Shown here piece after piece: positions 42,107 through 51,697 of a stretch of DNA of 64,000 bases (positions are counted from its first letter, which is position 1; the number at the start of each line of letters is the position of its first letter). The DNA is from Anaerolineae bacterium (GTDB taxonomy: Bacteria; Chloroflexota; Anaerolineae; B4-G1; SLSP01): assembly GCA_026991395.1 (NCBI GenBank), contig JALXBP010000057.1:733-64732 (forward strand). The letters run 5' to 3'. The notes beneath the pieces were generated by a model. The model made no database searches. It was given only the letters and a program-made list of their open reading frames with translations, and was not told where the DNA came from. The position numbers and the translations under genes are program-made.

Positions 42107-42503
42107 GGGGATGAAAGGTTTCGACGGGGCAGATGGGTTGGAGGCTGCGAGCCGGGGAGGCTCCGTCCCCGTAACCCCAGGAGCGAAACAACAAGTGCCA
42201 ACCCAATGGCCAACACGTGGGCGACGCCCGTCGCCGTTGCTGCGTAAGCAACGGTAGGGCATAGCCCCGAACGAACCGCTTTTGCGGTTCCGCCCCATCG
42301 GCATCGTGTCGGCGTGCCGGTGGTCGGCGACATAGAGCCGACATGCAACTTCCCCGACGCCGATAAGGGAAGCCAAGAATCATCGGCTGGCCCGGATGCG
42401 GCGAGGTCGGCTGCGACCCTCCGGGCGAGAAGAAGGTGCCGACTACGCTCGTAGACGCCTGCAGCAGTCTGTCTCGGACGCGGGTTCGATTCCCGCCATC
42501 TCC
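42107..42503 (+). ncRNA. ssrA: tmRNA (SsrA)
   Basis: 5' GGGGATGAAAGGTTTCGACGGGG and 3' GGACGCGGGTTCGATTCCCGCCATCTCCA tRNA-Ala-like ends with a G3-U wobble in the acceptor stem. Internal tag ORF gcc aac acg tgg gcg acg ccc gtc gcc gtt gct gcg TAA (ANTWATPVAVAA*). TATAAT at 42095-42100. Terminator hairpin 42506-42533. Confidence 0.9.
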
Positions 42504-42505
42504 AT

Positions 42506-42533
42506 CGGGGGGCCGGTATCGACCGGCCCTTTT
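42506..42533 (+). terminator. Rho-independent terminator after ssrA
   Basis: gggccggtatcgaccggccc + TTTT. Confidence 0.7.
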
Positions 42534-42549
42534 CGTTGTGGGGGGAGCG

Positions 42550-43095
42550 ATGGAAGCGTTGGTCATCATCAGCGGTGAGCGTTTCAGCGGCAAGAGCACC
42601 CTCTGTCGGCGTCTGATCGCCGTGGCAGAGGGGATGGGGGCCGTCGTGGCCGGTCTGCGGACGGAACTCGTCGATGCCCACACGCTGCGCGTCGTCGAGG
42701 TGCATACCGGCGCGAGCTATCCGCTGACCCGCCCCTGGCGGGAGGGCGCGGGGCCGCTGCGCGATTTCGTGATGGACGAAGCGGCGCTGGCCCGGAGCGA
42801 TGCGGCGCTGGCGTCGGCGGTGCCCGCCGATCTCCTCGTCATCGATGAACTGGGGCCGATGGAACTGGTGATGGGGCAGGGATGGCGATCGGCCCTTCCA
42901 CTTTTGCGAGGAGGGGCGTATCGCGTGGCGTTAGTCGTGGTCCGACCGTCGCTCGTCGCCCAGGCGTTGGCCGCCCTCGACCGTCCGATAACGACGACCG
43001 TCTGGGTAACGCCGGAAAATCGCGAAGCGCTCTTCGCCTTGCTAAGCGCCCGATTGGAGGGTATCATCCGAGGGGAGGGTGAGGCCGATGCGTGA
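42550..43095 (+). CDS. THEP1-like nucleoside-triphosphatase (P-loop NTPase)
   Basis: Walker A GERFSGKST, Walker B LLVIDELGPMEL. ~180 aa, THEP1/NTPase_1 architecture. Confidence 0.7.
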   Translation: MEALVIISGERFSGKSTLCRRLIAVAEGMGAVVAGLRTELVDAHTLRVVEVHTGASYPLTRPWREGAGPLRDFVMDEAALARSDAALASAVPADLLVIDELGPMELVMGQGWRSALPLLRGGAYRVALVVVRPSLVAQALAALDRPITTTVWVTPENREALFALLSARLEGIIRGEGEADA

Positions 43096-44095
43096 TGAGC
43101 CTTTTGGCGGGCTGTGGCTGTTGCAGCAGATGAGGGCCTTGTGGCGCAGAGGGCGCTTCCCCCAGTCCGTGCTCGTGAGCGGGCCGCCGGGGGCGGGCAA
43201 GGGGATGATAGCCCGTTACATCGCCCAGGCGCTGCTCTGCACGGCGGCGGTGGACGAGCGTCCGTGTGGACGGTGTGCGGCCTGTCGGCGTGTGGAGGGG
43301 GAGAGGCACCTCGATCTCCTCGTGCTCCGTCCGGAGCCGGGGCGGCCCTTTCGCATCGATCAGATTCGCGAGGCGGAACGCTTCCTGCGCCTGACGCCGC
43401 GTGAGGGGGCGAAGAAGGTCGTGATCATCGAGGATTTCCATCTGGCTACCGTCGCCGCGGAAAATGCGCTCCTCAAGACGCTGGAAGAGCCGCCGCCCTA
43501 CGCCCATCTGCTCCTCACCGCCGATGAGGCGGCCCACCTCTTGCCCACGATCCTCTCGCGTGTGCGCCTTTTCCCGATGCGCCTGCTCCCCCCCCGGCAG
43601 GTTGCGGACGCGCTGAAGGCGAAAGGTGTCGGCGATGCGCTGGCGGCGGAGATCGCCGCGCTTTCTGCCGGACGGCTGGGCTGGGCGATGCAGGCCGCGG
43701 AAGAGCCTGCCGTGCTCGATGAGGCGCGGCAACTTGCGGACAGCCTCTTCCGCTTCCTGGAGGCGACGCTGCCGGAGCGTTTTGCCCTGGCACAGTCGTG
43801 GAGCCAGCGGGAGCAACTTCCTCTTCTGCCGACGCGGCTGGAGTACTGGCGCTTGCTGTGGCGCGATCTCCTGGCGATGCAGGCTTCTCCGCAGCGCTCG
43901 GAGGCCGACGCTTGCGGCCCTTGCAAAAAACTCGCCGCGCTCGTGCCCCGTCTCCCCCCCCGGAAAACGTTGCAACTTGCGCGGCTGTTGGGTGACGCCC
44001 TCGATGCATTGCGGCAGAATGTCAACCCGCGATTGCTGCTGGAAGTACTCGCCTTAGAGCTTCCTACGCTTCTTCCTCCGTCGGCATCGCAGTAG
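43079..44095 (+). CDS. holB: DNA polymerase III subunit delta'
   Basis: VLVSGPPGAGKGMIARYIAQALLC....CGRCAACRRV zinc module; RFC-box-like layout; SRV motif (LSRVRLF). Confidence 0.85.
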   Translation: MRPMRDEPFGGLWLLQQMRALWRRGRFPQSVLVSGPPGAGKGMIARYIAQALLCTAAVDERPCGRCAACRRVEGERHLDLLVLRPEPGRPFRIDQIREAERFLRLTPREGAKKVVIIEDFHLATVAAENALLKTLEEPPPYAHLLLTADEAAHLLPTILSRVRLFPMRLLPPRQVADALKAKGVGDALAAEIAALSAGRLGWAMQAAEEPAVLDEARQLADSLFRFLEATLPERFALAQSWSQREQLPLLPTRLEYWRLLWRDLLAMQASPQRSEADACGPCKKLAALVPRLPPRKTLQLARLLGDALDALRQNVNPRLLLEVLALELPTLLPPSASQ

Positions 44096-44375
44096 CCGTT
44101 GTCCCTTCGGCTTTTCTCGTCCCGATCACGGTGAGACGGACGGCCGTCCGCTCCTTCTCGTCGATCATCACTTCCGAGAAATGGGGCACGCAGACGATCT
44201 CGATGCCGTCCAACTCCAGGTACCCTCGCGCGATGGCTACAGCCTTGACGGCTTGGTTGACCGCACCGGCTCCGATGGCCTGCACTTCGGCATGGCCCTG
44301 CTCGCGGATGACACCCGCGATCGCCCCGGCAACCGAGGTAGAACGGGAGCTGGCTGCCACTTTGATGACACTCAT
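44064..44375 (-). CDS. spoVS: Stage V sporulation protein S homolog
   Basis: VIKVAASSRSTSVAGAIAGVIREQGHAEVQAIGAGAVNQAVKAVAIARGYL is near-identical in pattern to SpoVS. AAGGAGGG RBS. AT-rich promoter region upstream. Confidence 0.88.
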   Translation of the reverse strand: MSVIKVAASSRSTSVAGAIAGVIREQGHAEVQAIGAGAVNQAVKAVAIARGYLELDGIEIVCVPHFSEVMIDEKERTAVRLTVIGTRKAEGTTATAMPTEEEA

Positions 44376-44627
44376 TTTGGTTCCCTCCTTAGCGTTAAAG
44401 TTCGTAAATCCCCCCTAATCCGATGCATCTATTGTATAGAAAGTAGGATTATTTGCAAGTGATAATTCCTGCTTTGGACGGGACAATTCCCTGCAGAGCG
44501 AGCCTCGAGTGATTGTCAAACGCCCCATCGGGATTATACTGGCTTGCCCGGCGGGGCGGTTACCCCACTCGCACGACCTTAACGGCATCGATGATGCCGA
44601 CGATTATGCTTGCAAGGAGATGAAAAG

Positions 44628-46373
44628 ATGGTCAATGCGGAGCATGCGGTGGAGCAGGAGACAGACCTCATCCATCCTGCTTCACCAAGGACAACGGTAC
44701 AGGTTACCTTCGACGATGGCCGCACCTTCGAGGGGCCGGTGGGGACGACGTTAGAGGCTTTCATCAAGATCGCCTATCCTGCTCCCGAGGTTCCCATCAT
44801 CGTCGCACTGGTGGACGGCAATCAATTGCGCGAGCTAACGTGGCCCGTCGTGCGTGATTGCCGCGTCAAGCCCGTTTTCCTGACCGACTCGGACGGTGTG
44901 CGCATCTATCGCCGCTCTCTCACCTTTATGATGATCGCCGCCCTGCATCGGCTCTTCCCCGGGGTCGAAAGCGTCGTCGATCACTCGCTGCCCTTTGGCG
45001 GCTATTTCTGCGAGGTGCGCAACCGCTCCCCGCTGACGGAGGAGGAACTGAAGACGCTGGAAGCCGAGATGCGCCGTATGGTCGAGGAGGACATCCCCAT
45101 CCACCGCGAGCAGGTGCCCGTAGAGGAGGCCCTGCAGGTCTTCCGCGAACGCAACGAACTCGATAAAGTGGCCCTCTTCCAGTCGCGCCGCGGCCACGCG
45201 ACCAAGGATTACCTGCAGCTTTACAACCTCGACGGGTACCGCGACTATTTCCACGGCTACATGGTGCCTTCCACCGGCTATCTGCGCCTCTTCCGCCTGA
45301 TGCGCTGGGGCGACGGCTTCATCCTCCAGTTCCCGCGCCGCGAATCGCCCACCGTGCTCAAGGAGCCGATCCATTCGCCGCAGCTCATCAACGTCTTCCG
45401 CGAGTACGGCCGCTGGCTGCGCCTGCTGGGTGTGGAAAACGTCAGCGAACTCAACGCGGCCGTGGCCAGTGGCGATATCCGCCGCGTCATCCTGGTTTCG
45501 GAAGCCTTGCACGAGCAGCGGATCGCCGAGATCGCCCATCAGATCTGGATGCGCCGCGGCGATGTGCGGCTGGTGCTCATCGCCGGTCCCTCCTCGTCGG
45601 GCAAGACGACCTTTTCCAAGCGGCTGGGGGTGCAGCTTCTGGCCCATGGCCTGCGTCCTTTTGCCCTGGAGATGGATAACTACTTCGTCGATCGGGAAAG
45701 GACGCCGCGCGACGAGAACGGCGATTACGACTTCGAGGCGCTGGAGGCGCTCGACCTCGATCTCTTCAACGAGCACCTGCAGAAGCTGCTCGACGGGCAG
45801 GAGGTGCAGCTTCCCAGGTTCAACTTCCAGAAGGGCCGCCGGGAGCCGGGCGAGGTGGTCAAGCTGGGGCCCGAGCACATCATCATCGTCGAGGGGATCC
45901 ATGGTCTCAACCCGCGGCTGGTGCATACGATCCCCTGGGAGCGAATGTACCGCATCTTCGCCTCGGCGCTGACGCAACTGAACCTCGACCGCCACAATCG
46001 CGTGCCGACGACCGACACGCGGCTCATTCGGCGCATCGTGCGCGACGCCCGCACGCGCGGCTACAGCGCCGCCGACACGCTCGGACGATGGGACAGCGTG
46101 CGCCGCGGGGAGAAGAAGCACATCTTCCCCTACCAGGAGTATGCCGACGTGATGTTCAACTCGGCGCTGGTGTACGAACTGGCCGTGCTCAAGCCCTTTG
46201 CCGAGCCGCTCTTGCTCCAGGTCGATCCCGACTCGCCGCAGCGTGTCGAGGCCAAGCGGCTCCTGGCCTTCCTGCAATGGTTCCGCCCCGCCGAAACGCG
46301 CTACGTGCCGGAAAATTCCCTCCTGCGGGAGTTCGTCGGCGGGCTGGCTCTGGAAGACCTGCGCCTGGAATAG
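44628..46373 (+). CDS. Uridine-kinase-family nucleoside kinase with N-terminal ThrRS-like TGS/second-additional domains
   Basis: P-loop LIAGPSSSGKTTFSKRL and PRK/uridine kinase fold. N-terminal TVQVTFDDGRTFEGPVGTTLEAF (TGS-like). Confidence 0.75.
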   Translation: MVNAEHAVEQETDLIHPASPRTTVQVTFDDGRTFEGPVGTTLEAFIKIAYPAPEVPIIVALVDGNQLRELTWPVVRDCRVKPVFLTDSDGVRIYRRSLTFMMIAALHRLFPGVESVVDHSLPFGGYFCEVRNRSPLTEEELKTLEAEMRRMVEEDIPIHREQVPVEEALQVFRERNELDKVALFQSRRGHATKDYLQLYNLDGYRDYFHGYMVPSTGYLRLFRLMRWGDGFILQFPRRESPTVLKEPIHSPQLINVFREYGRWLRLLGVENVSELNAAVASGDIRRVILVSEALHEQRIAEIAHQIWMRRGDVRLVLIAGPSSSGKTTFSKRLGVQLLAHGLRPFALEMDNYFVDRERTPRDENGDYDFEALEALDLDLFNEHLQKLLDGQEVQLPRFNFQKGRREPGEVVKLGPEHIIIVEGIHGLNPRLVHTIPWERMYRIFASALTQLNLDRHNRVPTTDTRLIRRIVRDARTRGYSAADTLGRWDSVRRGEKKHIFPYQEYADVMFNSALVYELAVLKPFAEPLLLQVDPDSPQRVEAKRLLAFLQWFRPAETRYVPENSLLREFVGGLALEDLRLE

Positions 46374-46382
46374 GTCGCTGCG

Positions 46383-48176
46383 ATGCGTTGTCCTTCCTGC
46401 GGTGCCGAGGTCGAGGGAGAAGGGCGGATGCTCTGCCCTTCCTGCGGCGCGCCGCTCCAGCCGTCGCCGCCCTCGCCCCCTCGCCGCCGCCTCTGGCTCA
46501 ACCGTCTGCTCTGGGCCTTGGCCGCCGTCGCCGCACTGGCCTTGACCGTCGCGCTGGCGGGCTATGCCGGTCTCTATTTCGGGGAGCGCGACCGCGAGTC
46601 GCAGCGTCAGGCCACCATCCAGGAGCATTACCAGGCCGGTCTGGAGGCGATGAACGCGGGCGAATACGAGATGGCGCGGGCACACTTCCGGTACATCCTG
46701 CGCCTCGATCCGGACAATGCGATGGCGAAGCAGGGGATCGCGGAGGTCGAAAGCCGTCTGGCCGCACGCCCTACTCCGACCTCGGAGGTGGTCAGGCCGC
46801 TGGCCGATCAGCTTTGGGAGAAGGCGAAGGCCGCCTACGACGAGGAACGGTGGGAGGAGGCGGCCTCGCTGCTCACGCAGTTGCGCTCGCTCGATGCCGA
46901 GTATCACGCCGACGAGGTGGAGGAGATGCTCTTCCGCAGCCTCTACAACGCCGGTATGGCGCTGCTGGATGAGGATCAACTGGAGGAGGGCATCTTCTAC
47001 CTCGATCGCGCCGTCGCGCTCCGCCCGCTGGACGAGGAGGCCGCCTACCAGCGCAACCTCGCCGCCCGCTACCTGGCGGCGATGAACCTCTGGGGGGTGG
47101 ATTGGGAGGGGACGATCGAGGCGCTGAAGGAGCTTTACGCCATCGCGCCGAACTACAAGGATGTCTATCAGCGCCTCTACCAGGCCTACGTGGAGTACGG
47201 CGACAGCCTGAGCGAGGCGGGGGAGATGTGCCCGGCGGAGATGGCCTACACCGAGGCGTTGCGCCTTTACGCCGACCAGACGGTCGAGAGCAAGCGAGAG
47301 CAGGCGGCACAGGTCTGCCTCGTCGCCACGCCGACCGCCGCCAACGGCGCGCAGCCGGTCCTCACGCCCCAGCGTATTCCGGGCTTCAATGTCGGGCGGT
47401 TGGCCTATCCCGTCTACAATGCGGAAAGCGGCTTCTACGACCTCTTCGCCCTCTACGACAACGGGCGCATCCTGCGGGTCGCCGTCAGCGCCGATCAGCC
47501 GTGGTGGGAGTGGGGGACGGGGCGCGTCATCTACCGCGACAGGATGAACAACGCCTTCTCGATGGTCTTGCCGGAGGAGGGCGTCCCACTGCTGCTGATG
47601 AGCGCCGATGGCAAGGCTTGGCCGACGCTTTCGCCGGACGGCACGCGCCTGGCTTACGCCGCGCCGGATGCCGCGGGGGTCTGGTCGATCTACATCGTGC
47701 CGCTCGACGGCAGTGGCGAGCCGCGTCGGCTGGCCGAGGGCTGGTCTCCGGCCTGGGGGCCGACGGGGCTCATCGCCTACACGGGCTGCGAGGCCGACGG
47801 GACGACGTGCGGCATCTTCCTCGTCGATCCCGACGGTGACGCGTCGCCGCGCCGCCTGACCGGCTCGATGGACGACACCGCCGTGGCCTGGGCTCCTGCG
47901 GGCAACCTGATGGCCTACATGACCGACGTCTCCGGCAATTGGGATGTGATGCTCCTCAGCCCCGAAGGAGGGGTCGTGCCTTTCACCACCACGCCGAGCG
48001 ACGATGGTCTCCCCGCCTGGGCACCGGATGGAAGCGGGCTGGCTTTCGTCAGCAATCGGGACGGCAAGTGGGCGATCTACGTGGCCGACACGAGCGGGCA
48101 GAACGTGCAGCGCATCGTCGATCTGGGCGAGCAGATGCCCGCGTGGGACAATCAGCGTCTGGCCTGGGCACCGTGA
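46383..48176 (+). CDS. Zinc-ribbon / single-TM / TPR-repeat / TolB-like (PD40) beta-propeller protein
   Basis: MRCPSCGA...CPSCGA double CxxC. TM LLWALAAVAALALTVALAGYAGLYF. TPR helices. C-terminal PD40-type repeats (LSPDGTRLAY, AWAPAGNLMAY, AWAPDGSGLAF). Confidence 0.75.
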   Translation: MRCPSCGAEVEGEGRMLCPSCGAPLQPSPPSPPRRRLWLNRLLWALAAVAALALTVALAGYAGLYFGERDRESQRQATIQEHYQAGLEAMNAGEYEMARAHFRYILRLDPDNAMAKQGIAEVESRLAARPTPTSEVVRPLADQLWEKAKAAYDEERWEEAASLLTQLRSLDAEYHADEVEEMLFRSLYNAGMALLDEDQLEEGIFYLDRAVALRPLDEEAAYQRNLAARYLAAMNLWGVDWEGTIEALKELYAIAPNYKDVYQRLYQAYVEYGDSLSEAGEMCPAEMAYTEALRLYADQTVESKREQAAQVCLVATPTAANGAQPVLTPQRIPGFNVGRLAYPVYNAESGFYDLFALYDNGRILRVAVSADQPWWEWGTGRVIYRDRMNNAFSMVLPEEGVPLLLMSADGKAWPTLSPDGTRLAYAAPDAAGVWSIYIVPLDGSGEPRRLAEGWSPAWGPTGLIAYTGCEADGTTCGIFLVDPDGDASPRRLTGSMDDTAVAWAPAGNLMAYMTDVSGNWDVMLLSPEGGVVPFTTTPSDDGLPAWAPDGSGLAFVSNRDGKWAIYVADTSGQNVQRIVDLGEQMPAWDNQRLAWAP

Positions 48177-48178
48177 GG

Positions 48179-49642
48179 ATGAGCGGCACGAAACCTCGGC
48201 ATTCATCGAGGGCGTGGGGATGGTGGGTTGCCCTGCTGCTGGCCGCCTATCTGCTGCGGCTGGCCGGTATCACCGCGCAGGGGATGTGGCGCGACGAGGT
48301 CGATGCGCTCCGCTTCGCCACGGCACCGTGGGGCGATCTCCTGGCGAGCTTTACCCGTCCCGGATGGAACGGGCCTTTCTACTTCTTCCTCCTGCGTTTC
48401 TGGGCGGCGGGGGCCGGGAAGAGTGCCTTCGCGTTGCGCTACTTTTCCCTGCTCTGGGCCTTGCCCTCGCTTCCTCTCCTCTTCCTGCTGGGGAGGCGGC
48501 TGGTGAAGGAGGCCGCGTGCATTGCCGTCATCCTCTTCGCCGCCGCTCCCTACTTCGTCTGGTATGCGCAGGAAGTCAAGATGTACACGATGGTGCCGAC
48601 GCTCGTGCTGCTGGCGCTCTACGCGCTGGAGCGTGCGGCGAGGGGCGGGCGGGGATGGTGGTGGCTCGTCCTGGCCGCGACGAGTTTGGCCTTCTACACG
48701 CACATCCTCGCCGCGCTGCTCGTTGCCGTGGAGGTGGTGTGGTACGTCCTCATCCCCCGCCGTGCCCCCGGCGCGTGGAAGGGGGCCGCTTTGACGTTAG
48801 CCGCATTGACGCTGCCCTACCTGCCGCTGCTGCGCTGGGAGCTTCCGCTGCTGATGCAGCATCGCGAGACGGGCTATCCGGCCCTCACCTTGTGGACGAT
48901 GGTGCAGATTCTCGTCAACGGCTGGAGTTCCGGCATCGTGGGGCGCTACGCGACGTATGCCGCTTTCCTGTTCATCACGCTGCTGCTGGCGGGGACAGGG
49001 GCGTTGCTTGTCCGTCGTCCCCGTGCGGCGCTGCGGCTTTGGGCCTGGATGACGCTGCCGCTCTTGGCCGTCTGGCTGGTCTCCTTGCGCGGCCCCATCT
49101 TCACCGATCGCTACCTGATCTGGTCGGCACCGGCGTATCTCCTCCTCGTGGCGGCCGGCTGGTCTCTGTTGCATCGGGAGGCCAGGCGGGTGGCGGCCGT
49201 CGTCCTCGCCATCCTGCTCGTCCTGGACGGGGTGAACATCGTTGCGCAGGCGCAGCAGCCGATCAAGCCGCAGTTCGAGCAGGCGGCGGCCTACGTGGCA
49301 ACCCACCGTGCTCCCGATGAGCCGCTCCTCTTCCAAATCCCCTACAATCACTTCGTCTTCGACTACTACTACACCGATCCCCTTGCCCCCTGGCTGGGTG
49401 CTCCCTACACCAACTGGCTGACGGATGACGGCACCTACCTCATCGACGAGGGGCAACTGGATGAGCAGATGCGCGAACTGCTGCACGGCGTCCGCTCCTT
49501 GTGGCTCATCTATTCCGAGGCCGATCTCTACGATGCCCGCGAGCTTGTCCGCCACTGGCTCGACGCTCACGCCCGCCTGGATCGCGTGCAGCGCTTCTAC
49601 GGCGTAACCGTCTTCCACTACACCTTCGAGACGCCGCCTTGA
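48179..49642 (+). CDS. GT-C fold glycosyltransferase (GT39/PMT- or ArnT-like) with C-terminal soluble domain
   Basis: Multi-TM with first-loop acidic motif GMWRDEVDALRFA typical of GT39/GT83 enzymes. Start 3 nt after the upstream stop. Confidence 0.7.
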   Translation: MSGTKPRHSSRAWGWWVALLLAAYLLRLAGITAQGMWRDEVDALRFATAPWGDLLASFTRPGWNGPFYFFLLRFWAAGAGKSAFALRYFSLLWALPSLPLLFLLGRRLVKEAACIAVILFAAAPYFVWYAQEVKMYTMVPTLVLLALYALERAARGGRGWWWLVLAATSLAFYTHILAALLVAVEVVWYVLIPRRAPGAWKGAALTLAALTLPYLPLLRWELPLLMQHRETGYPALTLWTMVQILVNGWSSGIVGRYATYAAFLFITLLLAGTGALLVRRPRAALRLWAWMTLPLLAVWLVSLRGPIFTDRYLIWSAPAYLLLVAAGWSLLHREARRVAAVVLAILLVLDGVNIVAQAQQPIKPQFEQAAAYVATHRAPDEPLLFQIPYNHFVFDYYYTDPLAPWLGAPYTNWLTDDGTYLIDEGQLDEQMRELLHGVRSLWLIYSEADLYDARELVRHWLDAHARLDRVQRFYGVTVFHYTFETPP

Positions 49643-49735
49643 GCCGCCAGCCGTTTGAAGCGCCGCTCCTCCTGTGGTATACTTTGCTTACGGGCGCGGC
49701 GTGTGTGCGCCCCGTCATTTCCGGGTGAGGAGGCT

Positions 49736-50980
49736 ATGGCGACTATCGACGGCTTGGCGGAATTCATCGCCGCGCTGCTCTTCTTCGGCATCGTCATTGC
49801 CGTTGCCTGTTTGCGCCTCCATGCCCCTCGCTTGCTCCCCGACTGGCCCTTTGCGCCCTTCGCCCTCTTCGCCCTCTCCGAGGTCGTGACTGCGCAACTT
49901 CCCCCCTTCCCGCAGGGGGGCTGCACGCGGGTGGTGACGGAAGGGCTGGGTGGCGGCGCTCTCTTGCTCTTCGGCGTGGAGGTGCTGCGCGGACGGCTGG
50001 CGTGGCGTCATCGGGGGATCGCGCTCGGCGCGGCCCTCCTGCTTCTCGCTGTGCTCTGTCGCTTCTGGCGCACGGAGCCGCTCCACGCGGTCGTGCATCG
50101 CCTCTTTCCTCTGCCCGCGGGGAGCCTCGCCGCCTATGCTCTCTATCGCGAGGAGGGGCGGCGTGAGGAGGAACCCTTCGCCATGCCGATCTGGATGATG
50201 ATTGCGGCAACGCTCCTCGTGGCCCTGCTCCCGTTGGCGGAGGGCCTCTGGCCGTCGCTCTACTCCCTGGGTATGGCGGGCAGTGCAGCCCTCCTCTTCG
50301 GCGGCTTTGGCTGGCTGGGCCTCCGTCGGCAGGCGCATATGAGGGTCTGGCTCGGTGAGGTCGAGCGGGCGCAGTGGCTCGCCGCCGAGCGTGAGCGCAT
50401 CAGCCGTGAGTTGCACGATGGCGTCATCCAGGCCATCTACGCCGCCGGTCTGATGGTGGAGGGGGCCAAATACGAGATGGAGCGCCATCCCGATCGCGCT
50501 ATGCACCACCTGGCGCAGGTTACGGCCACACTCGACGAGACGATCCGCGATATTCGCCGCTACATCTTCGATCTGCGCGGCGATGTGAGCGGCGAGGCCC
50601 TCGTCCCCAGTCTGCGCAAGCTGCTGCAGGAATTCGAGGCCAACACCTATCTCGAAACGACCTTCAGGGTGATCAATGAGCCTGGCGGGCCGCTGCAGCG
50701 GGAGCGGCAGCAGCATCTCTATCAGATCGTGCGCGAGGCTCTGAGCAATGTCGCACGCCACGCGCACGCGCGCAGCGTGACGTTGACGCTCGTCTATTCC
50801 GACGAGGGGATCGATATCCGTATCGCCGACGACGGCATCGGTATGGGGCGCATCCCGCTCAACAAGGGCTACGGCTTGCGCAACATCCGCGAACGGGTCC
50901 GCTTGCTGGACGGGACGATGAAGATCGAAAGTGCACCGGGGCAAGGTGTTACGCTGCACATCAGCGTATCCTACGGTTGA
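49736..50980 (+). CDS. Two-component sensor histidine kinase (HisKA_3/NarX-DegS type, membrane-embedded sensor)
   Basis: 6 N-terminal TM helices. H-box [22 protein letters not shown]. HATPase_c (N, G1, G2 boxes: [26 protein letters not shown]). GAGGAGG RBS. Confidence 0.85.
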   Translation: MATIDGLAEFIAALLFFGIVIAVACLRLHAPRLLPDWPFAPFALFALSEVVTAQLPPFPQGGCTRVVTEGLGGGALLLFGVEVLRGRLAWRHRGIALGAALLLLAVLCRFWRTEPLHAVVHRLFPLPAGSLAAYALYREEGRREEEPFAMPIWMMIAATLLVALLPLAEGLWPSLYSLGMAGSAALLFGGFGWLGLRRQAHMRVWLGEVERAQWLAAERERISRELHDGVIQAIYAAGLMVEGAKYEMERHPDRAMHHLAQVTATLDETIRDIRRYIFDLRGDVSGEALVPSLRKLLQEFEANTYLETTFRVINEPGGPLQRERQQHLYQIVREALSNVARHAHARSVTLTLVYSDEGIDIRIADDGIGMGRIPLNKGYGLRNIRERVRLLDGTMKIESAPGQGVTLHISVSYG

Positions 50981-50994
50981 GAAAGGGGGCGGAC

Positions 50995-51654
50995 GTGCTG
51001 CGAGTGCTCATCGTGGATGATCACGAAGTCGTGCGGCTGGGATTGCGGGCCTTGCTCAGCCGCCACGAGAACTGTCTGGTCGTGGACGAGGCCGGATCGG
51101 CGGACGAGGCGGTGGAGAAGACGCGGGAGCATCGCCCCGACATCGTGGTGATGGATGTGCGGATGCCCGGCAAGAACGGCATCGAGGCATGCCGCCAGAT
51201 CAAGGCGGAGTTGCCGGAGACGAAGGTGATTATGCTCACCTCCTACGCCACCGATGATCTCCTGATGGATGCCATCGCCGCCGGAGCGTCCGGCTACGTT
51301 CTCAAAGAGGTCGGCAGTGACGAATTGCTGCGGGCCATCGAATGCGTCGGGCAGGGCGAGGCGATGCTCGATCCCGCCGTAACCCACATCGTCCTCGAAC
51401 ACCTTCGCAAGGCCGCCTGGCAAGAGAAAGCCGCCGCCTTCGCCGATCTGACCCCGCAGGAGTTGCGTGTGCTCAACCTCGTGGCCGAGGGCAAGACGAA
51501 CAAGGAGATCGCGCGTCTCCTCTACTTGGGCGAAGGGACGGTGCGCAACTACGTGAGCAGCATCCTCAGCAAGCTGGGGGTCACCAATCGCGCCGAGGCT
51601 GCTGCGTATGCCGTCCGCCATCATCTCGCCGACTACCTGGACGATCTCGCATAG
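50995..51654 (+). CDS. Response regulator, NarL/LuxR family
   Basis: REC domain ([14 protein letters not shown]...DVRMPG). Lux[42 protein letters not shown] start with AAGGGGG RBS. Confidence 0.85.
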   Translation: MLRVLIVDDHEVVRLGLRALLSRHENCLVVDEAGSADEAVEKTREHRPDIVVMDVRMPGKNGIEACRQIKAELPETKVIMLTSYATDDLLMDAIAAGASGYVLKEVGSDELLRAIECVGQGEAMLDPAVTHIVLEHLRKAAWQEKAAAFADLTPQELRVLNLVAEGKTNKEIARLLYLGEGTVRNYVSSILSKLGVTNRAEAAAYAVRHHLADYLDDLA

Positions 51655-51697
51655 GCTTATCGGGGAACATCCCCTTCATCACGCGAAAGGAGCCAAG

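Noticed and set aside
41871-42705. Overlapping ORFs (270 aa -, 201 aa -, 95 aa -, 83 aa +) between the DUF512 gene and the NTPase gene
   Set aside because: The region is occupied by the tmRNA gene (42107-42503) and its terminator. The ORFs are chance frames across a structured RNA.
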